58,994 bases of DNA from an uncultured archaeon (GCA_964558645.1 CAZLEV010000017.1:1-58994), one strand, 5' to 3'; positions 48,134 to 57,822 are shown, counted from the first letter of the stretch. Made by a program: numbers and translations. The notes: a model not told the origin generated them from the letters alone.

Positions 48134-49009
48134 ATGGCTAGATGTTCGTTATGCGGGAAAGAAGACCTCTGCTTCAGCTGTCCGTACTGCAATGGAGTCT
48201 ACTGCTCAGAACATAGACTGCCTGAGAGTCATGGATGTCCTGGCCTTCATTTGGCAAAACAAAGGGCCAGAGAGAAGCTGTCAGATGCGTACTCTGAGAC
48301 CTATCAGAAGCCTCGAAAATCAGGTCTTGGCCGCGGGTCGAGGGGCCCAAGTAAGAGAAGGCGTTTCTCGCAGAGAGAGCTGCGTGACCTTGGAATCGCC
48401 GTCTTTCTGGTCATACTCGTTGGAATCTCTATCATGGGACGAACCCCCATAGGCATCCTCAACGGAATAGTGACAATCTACGCACTTGCAGGGACCGCCT
48501 TCTGGTGGTTTCCAGTCGTAGTCATTCTAATCTTCCTTGCATCTTTCATGCTTCATGAGTTGGCCCACAAGTTCGTTGCCCAACACTACGGAATGTGGAG
48601 CGAGTTCAGAATGTCACCTCAAGGTTACTATCTGTCAACATTGGCCATCATTTTTGCATTTCCTATCTTCGGAACGGGAGTGGTCTACACGAGCGGGTCA
48701 GCAAGTCGCGATGAAAACGCCAAGTCTAATCTGGCGGGGCCGCTCTCGAACTTTGTATTAGCTTTTGCTGCTGCCTCAGCGGTTGTTCTTTCTGCATTAT
48801 TGCTTGGAGGGGTGCCGTATCCTTTCGGATTCATCGCCCAGTACACAATAAGTCTCAATGCGATGCTTGGGCTCTTCAACATGATTCCCATCCAGCCTTT
48901 TGACGGGGCGACAATTCTGCAATGGAACAAAGCGGTCTGGGTGACCGTGGCCGTTTCACTACTTGTACTGCTAGTATTTGGATATGTCCTGCTCCCACTC
49001 ATCTTGTAA
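48134..49009 (+). CDS. AN1-type zinc finger fused to an M50 (site-2-like) intramembrane metalloprotease
   Basis: CSLCG..FSCPYCNGVYCSEHRLPESHGC; HELAHK; LAGPLSN; FNMIPIQPFDG. Confidence 0.9.
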   Translation: MARCSLCGKEDLCFSCPYCNGVYCSEHRLPESHGCPGLHLAKQRAREKLSDAYSETYQKPRKSGLGRGSRGPSKRRRFSQRELRDLGIAVFLVILVGISIMGRTPIGILNGIVTIYALAGTAFWWFPVVVILIFLASFMLHELAHKFVAQHYGMWSEFRMSPQGYYLSTLAIIFAFPIFGTGVVYTSGSASRDENAKSNLAGPLSNFVLAFAAASAVVLSALLLGGVPYPFGFIAQYTISLNAMLGLFNMIPIQPFDGATILQWNKAVWVTVAVSLLVLLVFGYVLLPLIL

Positions 49010-49087
49010 GGCATAATGCCTCAGTAATACTGTGCTTCATAGTGGCACATTGTATTCTATGTATCAGATCACAGAAGAGGATGAGCC

Positions 49088-50614
49088 TTGCAGTCAGTCC
49101 AGTCACACTCAAGCGACATAGTGGAATTGTCGGTCTCATCATGGTTCTACAGAAACAGAACGATTGCGGGTTTCGATAATCCTGCTCGCTCTCTGTATGT
49201 CTCCGTGAGGGAGCTGGTTGAGAATAGCTTGGACTCATGCGAAGAGAACGGGTATCTGCCTTCTATCCGCATCAGATTAGTTCTGGCATCTGAGGAGGAC
49301 TCTCTTGCCGGATTTGACGACGGGCCACAGACCTTCGAACTTGAGATCAGTGACAATGGTGGAGGGATGGAACGTGAGGCGATACCTTTGCTTCTCGGGA
49401 GAATGCTCACTGGGACGAAGTTCTCCCACAAACAGAGCCGGGGAACATTTGGACTTGGAGGTAGTTTAGCCCTTCTCTATGGACAGGTTACAACACAAGA
49501 ACCAATCAAGGTCATAACCTCACTCTCAGGAAGTGAGGTCCAGAATGAGATCATCATCAGACTTGATATAGACGAGAATCGGCCCACTATAATAGGCGAG
49601 GCACAGTCGCTCAAGCCACCAGACATGCATGGGACGACTGTGAAGTTCAGCCTCCAAGGAGATTGGCTACGGAGTAAGCGCAAGATCATTGAATACATAA
49701 ACCAGACAAGCATCATTGTTCCGTACGCCTCCATCGTGTTTGAGAACCCAGATGGTGATACGCTTTCATTTCCAAGAATCATTAATGAAATGCCTGAACC
49801 ACCGCAAGAGATGCAGCCCCATCCCAAGGGTATTGATGTTGAGATGCTGAAAAGGCTACTCGCAGAAACCAACTCACGCACGTTGGGTACATTCATGATA
49901 AGCTCATTTCAAAGAGTTGGAGAGGCGACTGCACGGACCTTTCTTGAGCGTGCAGACCTGGAGTATACAAGAGCACCAGATTCGCTTGATACCCGCGAGG
50001 TCACAGCAATGATGAGAGCAATGGAGAGATTCGATGATTTCATGTCTCCATCGTCAGACTGCCTCTCTCCCCTCGGTGAAGATGTACTGCATGCAGGACT
50101 CAAGCGGCTGAAGCCAGAGTTCAGCATCACTGCACAAAGAGATCCAAGTGCTTACGAGGGGCATCCTTTCATAGTTGAAGTCGGAATCGGATACGGGGGC
50201 GAGGTTGAGGGTGGGATATATCGGTTCGCCAACAAGATCCCGTTGCTATATGATGAAGGCTCCGATGTTTCTACTAAAGTGGTTAAGGAACTGAACTTGA
50301 AGCACTATGGTCTGAGGAAAGACGATCCTATAGCATTTCTCACACATGTGTGCTCTACGAAGATTCCTTACAAGACGGTCGGAAAGGAATACATAGGCGA
50401 CGTTGATGTCATTCGGCGTGAGATCGAGCTTGGCTTTAAGGAATGCCTGAGGAATCTTGGGAGAAGAGTCCGCCGTAAGAACAGGGCGAGGCGAGCGAGG
50501 AAACGAGAGAGCCGATTGCAGACATATTACGAGTTCATCTCGAAGGTCTTGAGTCTAAGCTTGGAGAGAGAGATTAGAACAGACCAGTTATTTTCAGAGG
50601 GGGAGAATCCTTGA
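49088..50614 (+). CDS. top6B: DNA topoisomerase VI subunit B
   Basis: GFDNPAR..RELVENSLD, DNGGG, QSRGTFGLG, PHPKG, RFANKIPLLYD, GKEYI. Confidence 0.95.
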   Translation: MQSVQSHSSDIVELSVSSWFYRNRTIAGFDNPARSLYVSVRELVENSLDSCEENGYLPSIRIRLVLASEEDSLAGFDDGPQTFELEISDNGGGMEREAIPLLLGRMLTGTKFSHKQSRGTFGLGGSLALLYGQVTTQEPIKVITSLSGSEVQNEIIIRLDIDENRPTIIGEAQSLKPPDMHGTTVKFSLQGDWLRSKRKIIEYINQTSIIVPYASIVFENPDGDTLSFPRIINEMPEPPQEMQPHPKGIDVEMLKRLLAETNSRTLGTFMISSFQRVGEATARTFLERADLEYTRAPDSLDTREVTAMMRAMERFDDFMSPSSDCLSPLGEDVLHAGLKRLKPEFSITAQRDPSAYEGHPFIVEVGIGYGGEVEGGIYRFANKIPLLYDEGSDVSTKVVKELNLKHYGLRKDDPIAFLTHVCSTKIPYKTVGKEYIGDVDVIRREIELGFKECLRNLGRRVRRKNRARRARKRESRLQTYYEFISKVLSLSLEREIRTDQLFSEGENP

Positions 50615-51759
50615 CTACTGTGAGCAGAGATTCCTACAAAGTTCACGAAGTTCTGGACATGATAGGTAACGTACTGAATAGATTGGGTGAAACCCTAGAA
50701 GATGGGCTGTTCCCCGAAATAGGCTACTATGCATCGTCCAAACGAAACATCAGATATGAGAGAAACAAGGGCTATACGCCTCTTGATGAAAAGCCATCAT
50801 TCCTTGACGGAAGAAAAGTTGAGAGTGCCAGGACAATTGCGGGCCTGGTCTACGGACTCACCCAATTCAAGGAACACCTGGAACACGGTATGTCGATGTC
50901 CCTCCGAGACTTCTACTATGTTCACAAAGTGAAAGCAGTCCAAGATGCAATGAATATCAAAGACCAGAATGAAACCAACAGGATGATCAATCTCTGTGAG
51001 AGAATCCTTAGGATTTCTGGCGAGTCGATTCCCAGAGAGGAGTTCGGCGTAGTTAGTTCACCCAAGGGCACGTTCTATGGAGATGTTACGCTCTCTGACC
51101 TGTCAGGAAAGAAGTTGAACTGCAATGCTGCAGGTGAATATGGGTGGTTTATCTCATCAAGACCCCATGAAGTGGTCATTCATGACATAAACATCGATGC
51201 AGCTGTTCTCGTTGAGAAGGAGGCAATGGCAAGAAACCTCATCGAACTAGGCATTGCCGAAGAACTCGATGTGGGAATAGGAGCCCTCTTCGGCCAACCA
51301 GGTCGAAATATGAGAGCTTGGATTCGCAAACTTGCAGACAACGGCATTCCAGTTCTGGTTCTTGTCGACATGTCGCCCTGGTCTCTCAGAATCTTTAGCA
51401 CGATCAAGAGCAACTCCATTGAACTGGCGAATATTTCTGGATTGGCAACGCCTGATGCCAAGCTTCTCGGCCTGACAACTGACGACTTCTGGTCTAAACA
51501 TGGAATGTTGAGTGAGATAGAGCACTCGCTTGAACAGATGAGCAACTCTGACAAGAGATGTGCCAGACAGAACAAGAGTATCCCGGCCATTGAACAAGAT
51601 CCCGTCCTAAAGAGGGAGAACGAGATTCTGTTGAAGAGAGGGAAGAAGGGAGAGCTTGAGGCCTTCAAGGCCTTCGGTCTTCCGCTCACAGAGCTGAGGG
51701 ATCTGTACAAATCATACGTTGCAAACAAAGCACGTATGTCTGATGTGAAACTGATATAG
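50611..51759 (+). CDS. top6A: DNA topoisomerase VI subunit A / Spo11-like (divergent)
   Basis: SLRDFYY catalytic Tyr region, LVEKEA TOPRIM Glu, GQP, VDMSPW in place of DxDPxG, KGELEA; overlaps top6B stop. Confidence 0.85.
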   Translation: MTTVSRDSYKVHEVLDMIGNVLNRLGETLEDGLFPEIGYYASSKRNIRYERNKGYTPLDEKPSFLDGRKVESARTIAGLVYGLTQFKEHLEHGMSMSLRDFYYVHKVKAVQDAMNIKDQNETNRMINLCERILRISGESIPREEFGVVSSPKGTFYGDVTLSDLSGKKLNCNAAGEYGWFISSRPHEVVIHDINIDAAVLVEKEAMARNLIELGIAEELDVGIGALFGQPGRNMRAWIRKLADNGIPVLVLVDMSPWSLRIFSTIKSNSIELANISGLATPDAKLLGLTTDDFWSKHGMLSEIEHSLEQMSNSDKRCARQNKSIPAIEQDPVLKRENEILLKRGKKGELEAFKAFGLPLTELRDLYKSYVANKARMSDVKLI

Positions 51760-51795
51760 GGGAGTGTTCCCAATAGAGAAAGGAGGAGACTGTCC

Positions 51796-52467
51796 ATGTC
51801 ATCCCAGAGAGAACAAGTCGCAGAACAGCTAGAGACACTGAAGTCAACCATTGATGAGTTGATTAAGAAATCCGAAGAACTGGAAGAAGAAACAGAAGAG
51901 CTTCGCAAGACCCGCAGAGAGGCAGAGGAAAAAGCATGGGCTGCTGAAGAGAAGTTGGAGCAGTTGACGAAAGAAGCTGAGGATACTGAAGCAGAACTCA
52001 GTAAAGCAAGAGATAGAATCGCGGAACTGGAAACACAGTTCGAAGAAACGAAAGCGCGAGCAGACCAGCTTGAATCGTCAATGGAGGAGGCAGTTGGAGA
52101 TCTTAGGAAAGAAAGAGATGAACTCAAGCGTGAGATGGACGAAATAGACCAACAGCTGAATCGCGTATCGGAATTGTACCGTGAAACTGCTGCCGAGAAA
52201 GAGAAGCTTGAAGAGAAGGTTGACGTTTCAGATCTGCTTGCAATATACATCACACTGATTGAAACAGTCTTTGCTGGCAAGCCACATGCCCGGGTATTGT
52301 ACACCCTTCACGACACGGGAGCTGCCATCACCAGAAAACATATTGAGGGAAGCACTGGCATCATGCCCACACATGTCATAAAGGCCATACACGACCTCAG
52401 GAACGCGGACCTTGTTTCGTATGACGAACAGACTCAAGAAGTCGAGCTCATTCGAGATATCCTGTAA
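51796..52467 (+). CDS. Long coiled-coil protein with C-terminal winged-helix domain
   Basis: About 140 aa E/K-rich heptads, then PHARVLYTLH..ITRKHIEGSTGI..VIKAIHDL..ADLVSYD; AGGAGG SD. Confidence 0.85.
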   Translation: MSSQREQVAEQLETLKSTIDELIKKSEELEEETEELRKTRREAEEKAWAAEEKLEQLTKEAEDTEAELSKARDRIAELETQFEETKARADQLESSMEEAVGDLRKERDELKREMDEIDQQLNRVSELYRETAAEKEKLEEKVDVSDLLAIYITLIETVFAGKPHARVLYTLHDTGAAITRKHIEGSTGIMPTHVIKAIHDLRNADLVSYDEQTQEVELIRDIL

Positions 52468-52511
52468 GAGAAGGTCATTAATCACCAGAAGCTAACACAG
52501 AGAGGAATGTT

Positions 52512-53516
52512 TTGGGTTACAAAGTGAAATACCCACAAGAACTTAGAAAGCATATGCGGAAGTACAACCTGCATCAGAAATTGCGGTCAATCACGGATTT
52601 ATTCGGAAATGATGCACAGGATGTAGTAGACTGGGCGGTCGACGAGGCAGAGAGACGAATCGCAGAAGATGAGCTCCCCGAGAATTACAGCCTCGGAAAG
52701 GCAATCTATGAACTCATTGGAACTGAAGCTGCAATACGATTGGTACAAGACAACCATGCTCGGGGACGATTAACGACTAAGAGCGAGGTGAAGAGGAAGA
52801 CGGGAAGAAACCCAGAGATGCCGGTGCTCTTTCGTCAGGCAGGTCTTCGACACCCGCAAGAGGCCAGGAATCTACGCCATAACATGTTTCATTGCTCCTT
52901 TGAAGCCTTGGTCAGCAAACTCTTCTCGAATGTAGATACAGATGTGCCGAGTACAGGTAATGGTTTAACCCCCGACCTGATAATAACTTCTAGGAACCCG
53001 GGATGGCAAATCTCGGTGGAGTACAAAGGATACCGTTCACTTACATTGCTTAGCGAGTCCGAGATTCTCAAGGGCATGAGGTACCAAGCGGAGTACGGAA
53101 CGGCTTGGCTTGTCACGAGTACTGCAAAGACCGTAACGGACCTCTATGACGGAGTGATCACAGCTGAAGAACTGATAGAGAGAGGGATTCCCAGACTCAG
53201 GAGGATTGCAAGGAGAAGGGCATACACCAATGAACAGAAGGAGAATCGTGGTATTGCCAGAAAGGGCATCTCACATCTCGAGAAGCATAAGGGAGAAAAG
53301 CTGAGTTGTAGACTCCTGTCAGCAGATGAAATAATTGAATCATGTCAGAACGGAAAGCCAAAAGAGGGTTTGGCAATAACCAACGGCATGGAATATGTTG
53401 ACCTGCTTCGGAAGAATGGTCTCCAGGAACACGCCGATAATGTCCTTCAGATAATGAAGAGCCCAGCAGACCTTCTGCACAGTGACACCATAACTTCTGT
53501 CAGGCTCATCGAGTAG
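52512..53516 (+). CDS. Putative PD-(D/E)XK nuclease-fold protein
   Basis: FE...GLTPDLII...ISVEYKGY...EILKGMRY. Confidence 0.7.
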   Translation: MGYKVKYPQELRKHMRKYNLHQKLRSITDLFGNDAQDVVDWAVDEAERRIAEDELPENYSLGKAIYELIGTEAAIRLVQDNHARGRLTTKSEVKRKTGRNPEMPVLFRQAGLRHPQEARNLRHNMFHCSFEALVSKLFSNVDTDVPSTGNGLTPDLIITSRNPGWQISVEYKGYRSLTLLSESEILKGMRYQAEYGTAWLVTSTAKTVTDLYDGVITAEELIERGIPRLRRIARRRAYTNEQKENRGIARKGISHLEKHKGEKLSCRLLSADEIIESCQNGKPKEGLAITNGMEYVDLLRKNGLQEHADNVLQIMKSPADLLHSDTITSVRLIE

Positions 53517-53636
53517 CTAATCAGTTCTTCCCGAGAGAGAACGACCAGCTCCTAACCTTTATGTGCTGAGAGTTTATTAGAGAGGTTTGTAGATTGCAAA
53601 CGATTCTCCAGCAGTAAAGAACACGAGGTGTAAGAC

Positions 53637-54029
53637 TTGCACAGACAGAGCGCAGTTGATGTTACTGAACTGATAAAGGAACTACTGAAAGATCTCTCCA
53701 TCAACTCGCCAATACTCGGCTCCGCCATATTCTCCGTTGAAGGGCTTCCTTTTGTCAGCTACTTCCACACGGGAATGGAAGATGTTGGCATCGCAGCCAT
53801 GGTAGCAAGCGTCTACTCTGCTGGTGAGCAGACGGTCCGTGAACTTCGGCAGGGTAATCTGGAGTCAATCATAATCCAAGGAACGCTAGGAACAACTCTG
53901 GTAGTTTCTGTCACTGAAGACTACTTGCTTACAGTGACAGCTCCAGAGAATGCAACTCTTGGTCTGATATTCAACGACACGAAACGTGCAGCCAGAGAGG
54001 CTGCTAGACTTCTTCAAGAACTCATATGA
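53637..54029 (+). CDS. Roadblock/LC7 domain protein
   Basis: GSAIFSVEGLP, IAAMVAS, ELRQGNLESIIIQG, TLGLI. Confidence 0.92.
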   Translation: MHRQSAVDVTELIKELLKDLSINSPILGSAIFSVEGLPFVSYFHTGMEDVGIAAMVASVYSAGEQTVRELRQGNLESIIIQGTLGTTLVVSVTEDYLLTVTAPENATLGLIFNDTKRAAREAARLLQELI

Positions 54030-54039
54030 GTCAAGTATA

Positions 54040-54861
54040 ATGGACAAGGACTATCCCTATGATCTGCATCCATGCTGGGCCAGCGATAGAGAGGGGCTTT
54101 GGGAACGGATACACGTACCGGTGGCTGCAGGATGTAATGTGCAATGCGGTTTCTGTGAGAACGCGATTGGTGGTTGTAACACCTTACAGCCAGCCTATTC
54201 AACCAGAGTTATCTCGGTAGCTAAGGCGGTAGAGATAATCGAACGCGAGTTGAGAAGTCGACCTAATCTGAGGATTGTGGCCGTTTCGGGTCCAGGCGAA
54301 CCACTTCTGAATGGAAGGGCACTCGAAGTCTTCGAGCAGATTAGAAGAACACGAGATGATATCGAGTTCTGCCTGAGCACGAATGGTACTCTCCTTTCCG
54401 AATGCAGCAAGAGACTTGCTAACCTTGGGACAACAACTATCACTGTCTCTATCAGTGCATCTATCCCAGAAACGGCGGCAAGAATCTATGACTGGGCAGT
54501 TCTTGGTGGGAAACGTCTTAAAGACCTTGAGATGGCGAGAGCAATAATAGAAAGACAGTTTCGAGGCATTGATGCTGCGGTTGATGAAGGCATGCTGATC
54601 AAAGTCAACACTGTTCTCATCCCGGGTATCAATGACAAGGATATTTCCATACTTGCCGAATCTCTCTCTGACCACGACGTATCATTGCAGAACATAATCC
54701 CCCTAGTCCCTCTTGGACGCATGAAGACACGCAGAGCACCGACACATAAAGAGATAGAAGCCGCCCGTCTTCAGGCCTCAGAATGGCTCCCTCAGTTCTC
54801 TCACTGCAAGCTATGCCGAAGTGACGTTGTGGGAATTCCCGGGTGCGATACCCCAATCTAG
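54040..54861 (+). CDS. NifB-like stand-alone radical SAM protein
   Basis: HPC, RIHVPVAAGCNVQCGFC, SGPGEPL, CLSTNG, KVNTVLIPGIND, HCKLCRSD; start re-called at ATG 54040. Confidence 0.85.
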   Translation: MDKDYPYDLHPCWASDREGLWERIHVPVAAGCNVQCGFCENAIGGCNTLQPAYSTRVISVAKAVEIIERELRSRPNLRIVAVSGPGEPLLNGRALEVFEQIRRTRDDIEFCLSTNGTLLSECSKRLANLGTTTITVSISASIPETAARIYDWAVLGGKRLKDLEMARAIIERQFRGIDAAVDEGMLIKVNTVLIPGINDKDISILAESLSDHDVSLQNIIPLVPLGRMKTRRAPTHKEIEAARLQASEWLPQFSHCKLCRSDVVGIPGCDTPI

Positions 54862-55031
54862 ATAATCCGTTTCTTATAATTTGGTGAGTGAACGTCACCT
54901 GGAAGAGACTTCTGCGTTCCATCCCTCCCCTGAGAGTGTTCAAGACTACATGTCAGCAAGGAGGAAATCTTACACATATCTGAAACTTTTTTCTGACAAA
55001 ATGACTAGGAAATCAAGGCGTTTTTAAGATT

Positions 55032-55874
55032 CTAGAGTGTGCCTTTCAGACACAAACAACCCTCTTCCACAAGTTTGTTAATCAAGAACCAAATCGCGTT
55101 GCGGTCAAAACCGAAAGGTGCGTCTTCAAGCTTGGCAATAACAGACTCGATGGAATCCTCACCATCCATAGCATCGAGAAGATCATCGACTGGGGCGCCA
55201 TATTGCTGACGAAGACGCATCATGTTAGATTCTGAGCAATCTCTTTGTTCCAAGATATCACTGGGTCTGAGCCGTCGCCTGAAATCAATCCACTTGTATT
55301 TCTTCAATAGGGAGATGAGGGCGATAACTTCTTCGTCAGGCAGGTCAATCAGCCCAAGAATCTCAGCGATGTTTCTCTTTCCATTGATGTAGTTCTCAAG
55401 AGTCTCAAGCTTTCTGTCAACGATACCGACACGGTATGGGATGTCAATGCCATTTTTTCTACGAATGGGTACCAAGTCCATGTCAGGGATGGAGAAGGGG
55501 AATTCCATAATGACATTCAATGCAAAGTCACGGAACTTCCGAACGTCGCCCTCGAACCTACGAAGACTCTCCCCGTGTTCGGCTTCTACACGATCAAGGA
55601 TTGCTCGGAGCTTCTTCCTATATGGCTCCTCATTCGGAACTGGGTCGACGACAAGCAAAACCAACACAGTCTCGCCGACTTCAATTAAGATATCGTAGGC
55701 AGCCTTGCGAATCGTTCTGATTGGCGTCTTGGCAAAGATAATCACAGCAGTAACAAAGCCTGCGATGAGATCGGGGTCAACAGTGAGCTCTGCATATGGG
55801 ATGTTAAGAATGGATTCGCCGCCTTCCAGTCGGATCAGGGAGATATACCGGACATTGGAGAGGTCGTAGCCCAT
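55032..55874 (-). CDS. Longin-like domain plus two winged helices (NPRL2-like), paralogue 2
   Basis: VDPDLIAGFVTAV longin-type helix; YINGKRNIAEI..LPDEEV..L.KYKWI; MDGEDSIESV. Confidence 0.75.
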   Translation of the reverse strand: MGYDLSNVRYISLIRLEGGESILNIPYAELTVDPDLIAGFVTAVIIFAKTPIRTIRKAAYDILIEVGETVLVLLVVDPVPNEEPYRKKLRAILDRVEAEHGESLRRFEGDVRKFRDFALNVIMEFPFSIPDMDLVPIRRKNGIDIPYRVGIVDRKLETLENYINGKRNIAEILGLIDLPDEEVIALISLLKKYKWIDFRRRLRPSDILEQRDCSESNMMRLRQQYGAPVDDLLDAMDGEDSIESVIAKLEDAPFGFDRNAIWFLINKLVEEGCLCLKGTL

Positions 55875-55933
55875 TGTATCACATCCCCTCCTCAGATGCT
55901 TCTCCTACATCCAGACTGCTTCTCATGACTGAC

Positions 55934-56776
55934 CTACTCCTCATAGCCCAACACCCCTGCCTCAATCAAGTTCCGTGCTACAGTTCGCACAACCTCGAGA
56001 CTATATGGGACCTCTTCGACGACCTGAATCAGAGACCTTGACCCGTCACAGAGCTCAACCAGCTGGACAATCTCGTCACCATATACACCTAGAAGGAATT
56101 GAGGAGGATCGCTCAACTTCCGCAAGACCGTATCAGCCTCGAGGGGTCGGCTCAATGAAACCCAGTTGTACTTAATCAGCATCGAAAATATCGCCATAAT
56201 CTCATCTTCTGAGAGGCCAGATGCATCCTCTATCTCTAAGATGCTTCTCTTGCCGTTAACATAACTGAGAATCATCTGCAGTTTCTCGTCTGTTTCTCCG
56301 ACGCTCCAAGGAATTTTCTGCTGCCGGTCGGGAACGGCTTCAGATTTCTGTACAACTCGTGGCACTAGACTAGAGTCAAATCGCTGGTATGGGAAGAACC
56401 CAAGAATGTCGAGGGCGAACTCTCGAAACGGACGAATGTCACCATCCCATCGTTCCAGTTGTTTCGAATATCGCCGTTCGAACTCTGCTATCACCTCTTT
56501 GAGAGTATCACGATAAGGAGTATCGTCGTCAACCAAATCAACGATGAGCAGTCCGACAACATAATCGCCCTCTTCTATGACAACGACATACCCCTCCTTT
56601 TGGAATGTCTTGAGTTGACGGTTCTCAAAAATCACCACGGCCAAGACGAAGCTTGCCACCAAGTCCGGGTCAACTCTCATCTCTCTATATGGTATGCCCA
56701 ATATTGGCTCACCACCCTCTTTTCGTACAAGAGAGATATATCGGACCTTTTCTTCGTCGATGGCGACTGAGTTCAT
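55934..56776 (-). CDS. Longin-like domain plus two winged helices (NPRL2-like), paralogue 1
   Basis: VDPDLVASFVLAV; ILSYVNGKRSILEIEDASGLSEDEI..MLIKYNWV; LCDGSRSL..V..RNLIEAGVL; same length as and clearly paralogous to 55032..55874. Confidence 0.75.
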   Translation of the reverse strand: MNSVAIDEEKVRYISLVRKEGGEPILGIPYREMRVDPDLVASFVLAVVIFENRQLKTFQKEGYVVVIEEGDYVVGLLIVDLVDDDTPYRDTLKEVIAEFERRYSKQLERWDGDIRPFREFALDILGFFPYQRFDSSLVPRVVQKSEAVPDRQQKIPWSVGETDEKLQMILSYVNGKRSILEIEDASGLSEDEIMAIFSMLIKYNWVSLSRPLEADTVLRKLSDPPQFLLGVYGDEIVQLVELCDGSRSLIQVVEEVPYSLEVVRTVARNLIEAGVLGYEE

Positions 56777-56896
56777 CTCAACCAGCCTATTACATACTAG
56801 AATAATAAGCTAAGGGTGCTAAACACATTCTCACTGGGTCAAACTTTGTGTAGTGCCTCTCTTATCTCCCAGTCAGAGGTTGTCTTTTTACCTCTA

Positions 56897-57811
56897 TCAG
56901 AAGTGTTCGAGCAGGCTTGACTGAGAAACATAGTTGACCTCACTCTCCTCATCTATGGTGTACCCAACCAGCCTCTTCAGGTTGATAGAAGTCATGACCT
57001 TGCCGGTCTCAACAAGGAGGAGTGGTCCTTTCATTCCCAGAATCTCACCAAGAATTTGTTGCCCATGGAGTCCGCGCGACCCCCCTGGCCAGACATTGGG
57101 GACCGTATCTACCTGTGGAAGCCCATAGTAGGAATCGAGTAATCGAAGCTTGAGTTTCTGCGGTTCTAGACCAGACTTGCTGAAGGCCTCAGAGAATACA
57201 GCGCTGTCACAGAAAGACTGTACCATCTTCTCAGCCTCAGCAAGCGAGATGGGGCGAGTCAAGGCATCGAGCTTGCGACCGAATCTGACGGATTTTGTGA
57301 CATTTGCATTTTGTGAGAGCAGCCTTTCTAGGGTCCTAGCTCTCTTCCCATCACGGATCTCTGCTAACACTGCACCAACATCCGCCCCCTGCTCCAACCA
57401 ACGTATCATGAGTCGCTCACGCACAGAAACCCCGACCTTCAAGATTGCGTCACCGAACACTGTGGCGTAGACTGAGTAGTTGGCGTTTCTGCATCGTTCC
57501 CTGCGTTCCGGTGAAGCCCTGCAGATGCTACCATCGCAATAGACACACTCGTCATAGAAATCCATTGCTGAGCACGGGCCACATCGTTTCTGACCGCTCT
57601 TCACAAGAGCGCGTTCAGGGCATCTTCGGTCTCTCCCCTGGCTATCTCTGTACCCAACGCACCGTCGAGGACCTGTCAGTATCCAAGTAATGGTTGTTCC
57701 TTGGCTTAGATCCTTCATCACTGGACCCTTCTCTTCGTCGCTCCACACCTGTAGTCCATGCTTGTACAGCTGATTATCAGCGAGGAACCATCGAACACCC
57801 AGGACGTGCAT
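56897..57811 (-). CDS. DUF2797 family Cys-rich protein
   Basis: RRCVG..CP..CGPC..CVYC..C, YSVYAT.FG..LKVGVS, RWLEQGA, GEILGMKG; start re-called at ATG 57811. Confidence 0.82.
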   Translation of the reverse strand: MHVLGVRWFLADNQLYKHGLQVWSDEEKGPVMKDLSQGTTITWILTGPRRCVGYRDSQGRDRRCPERALVKSGQKRCGPCSAMDFYDECVYCDGSICRASPERRERCRNANYSVYATVFGDAILKVGVSVRERLMIRWLEQGADVGAVLAEIRDGKRARTLERLLSQNANVTKSVRFGRKLDALTRPISLAEAEKMVQSFCDSAVFSEAFSKSGLEPQKLKLRLLDSYYGLPQVDTVPNVWPGGSRGLHGQQILGEILGMKGPLLLVETGKVMTSINLKRLVGYTIDEESEVNYVSQSSLLEHF

Positions 57812-57822
57812 GAGGGATCTCC

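Noticed and set aside
51180-52304. 374-aa minus-strand ORF
   Set aside because: Ser-rich antisense shadow of top6A and the Glu-rich coiled-coil gene
50611-53516. Wadjet (JetABCD) or Topo VIII defence/plasmid system
   Set aside because: Has a separate canonical Top6B, no SMC ATPase motifs in the coiled-coil protein, and a housekeeping context
54040-54861. Evidence for nitrogen fixation
   Set aside because: Only a degenerate NifB-like gene; no nifHDK/EN in the window
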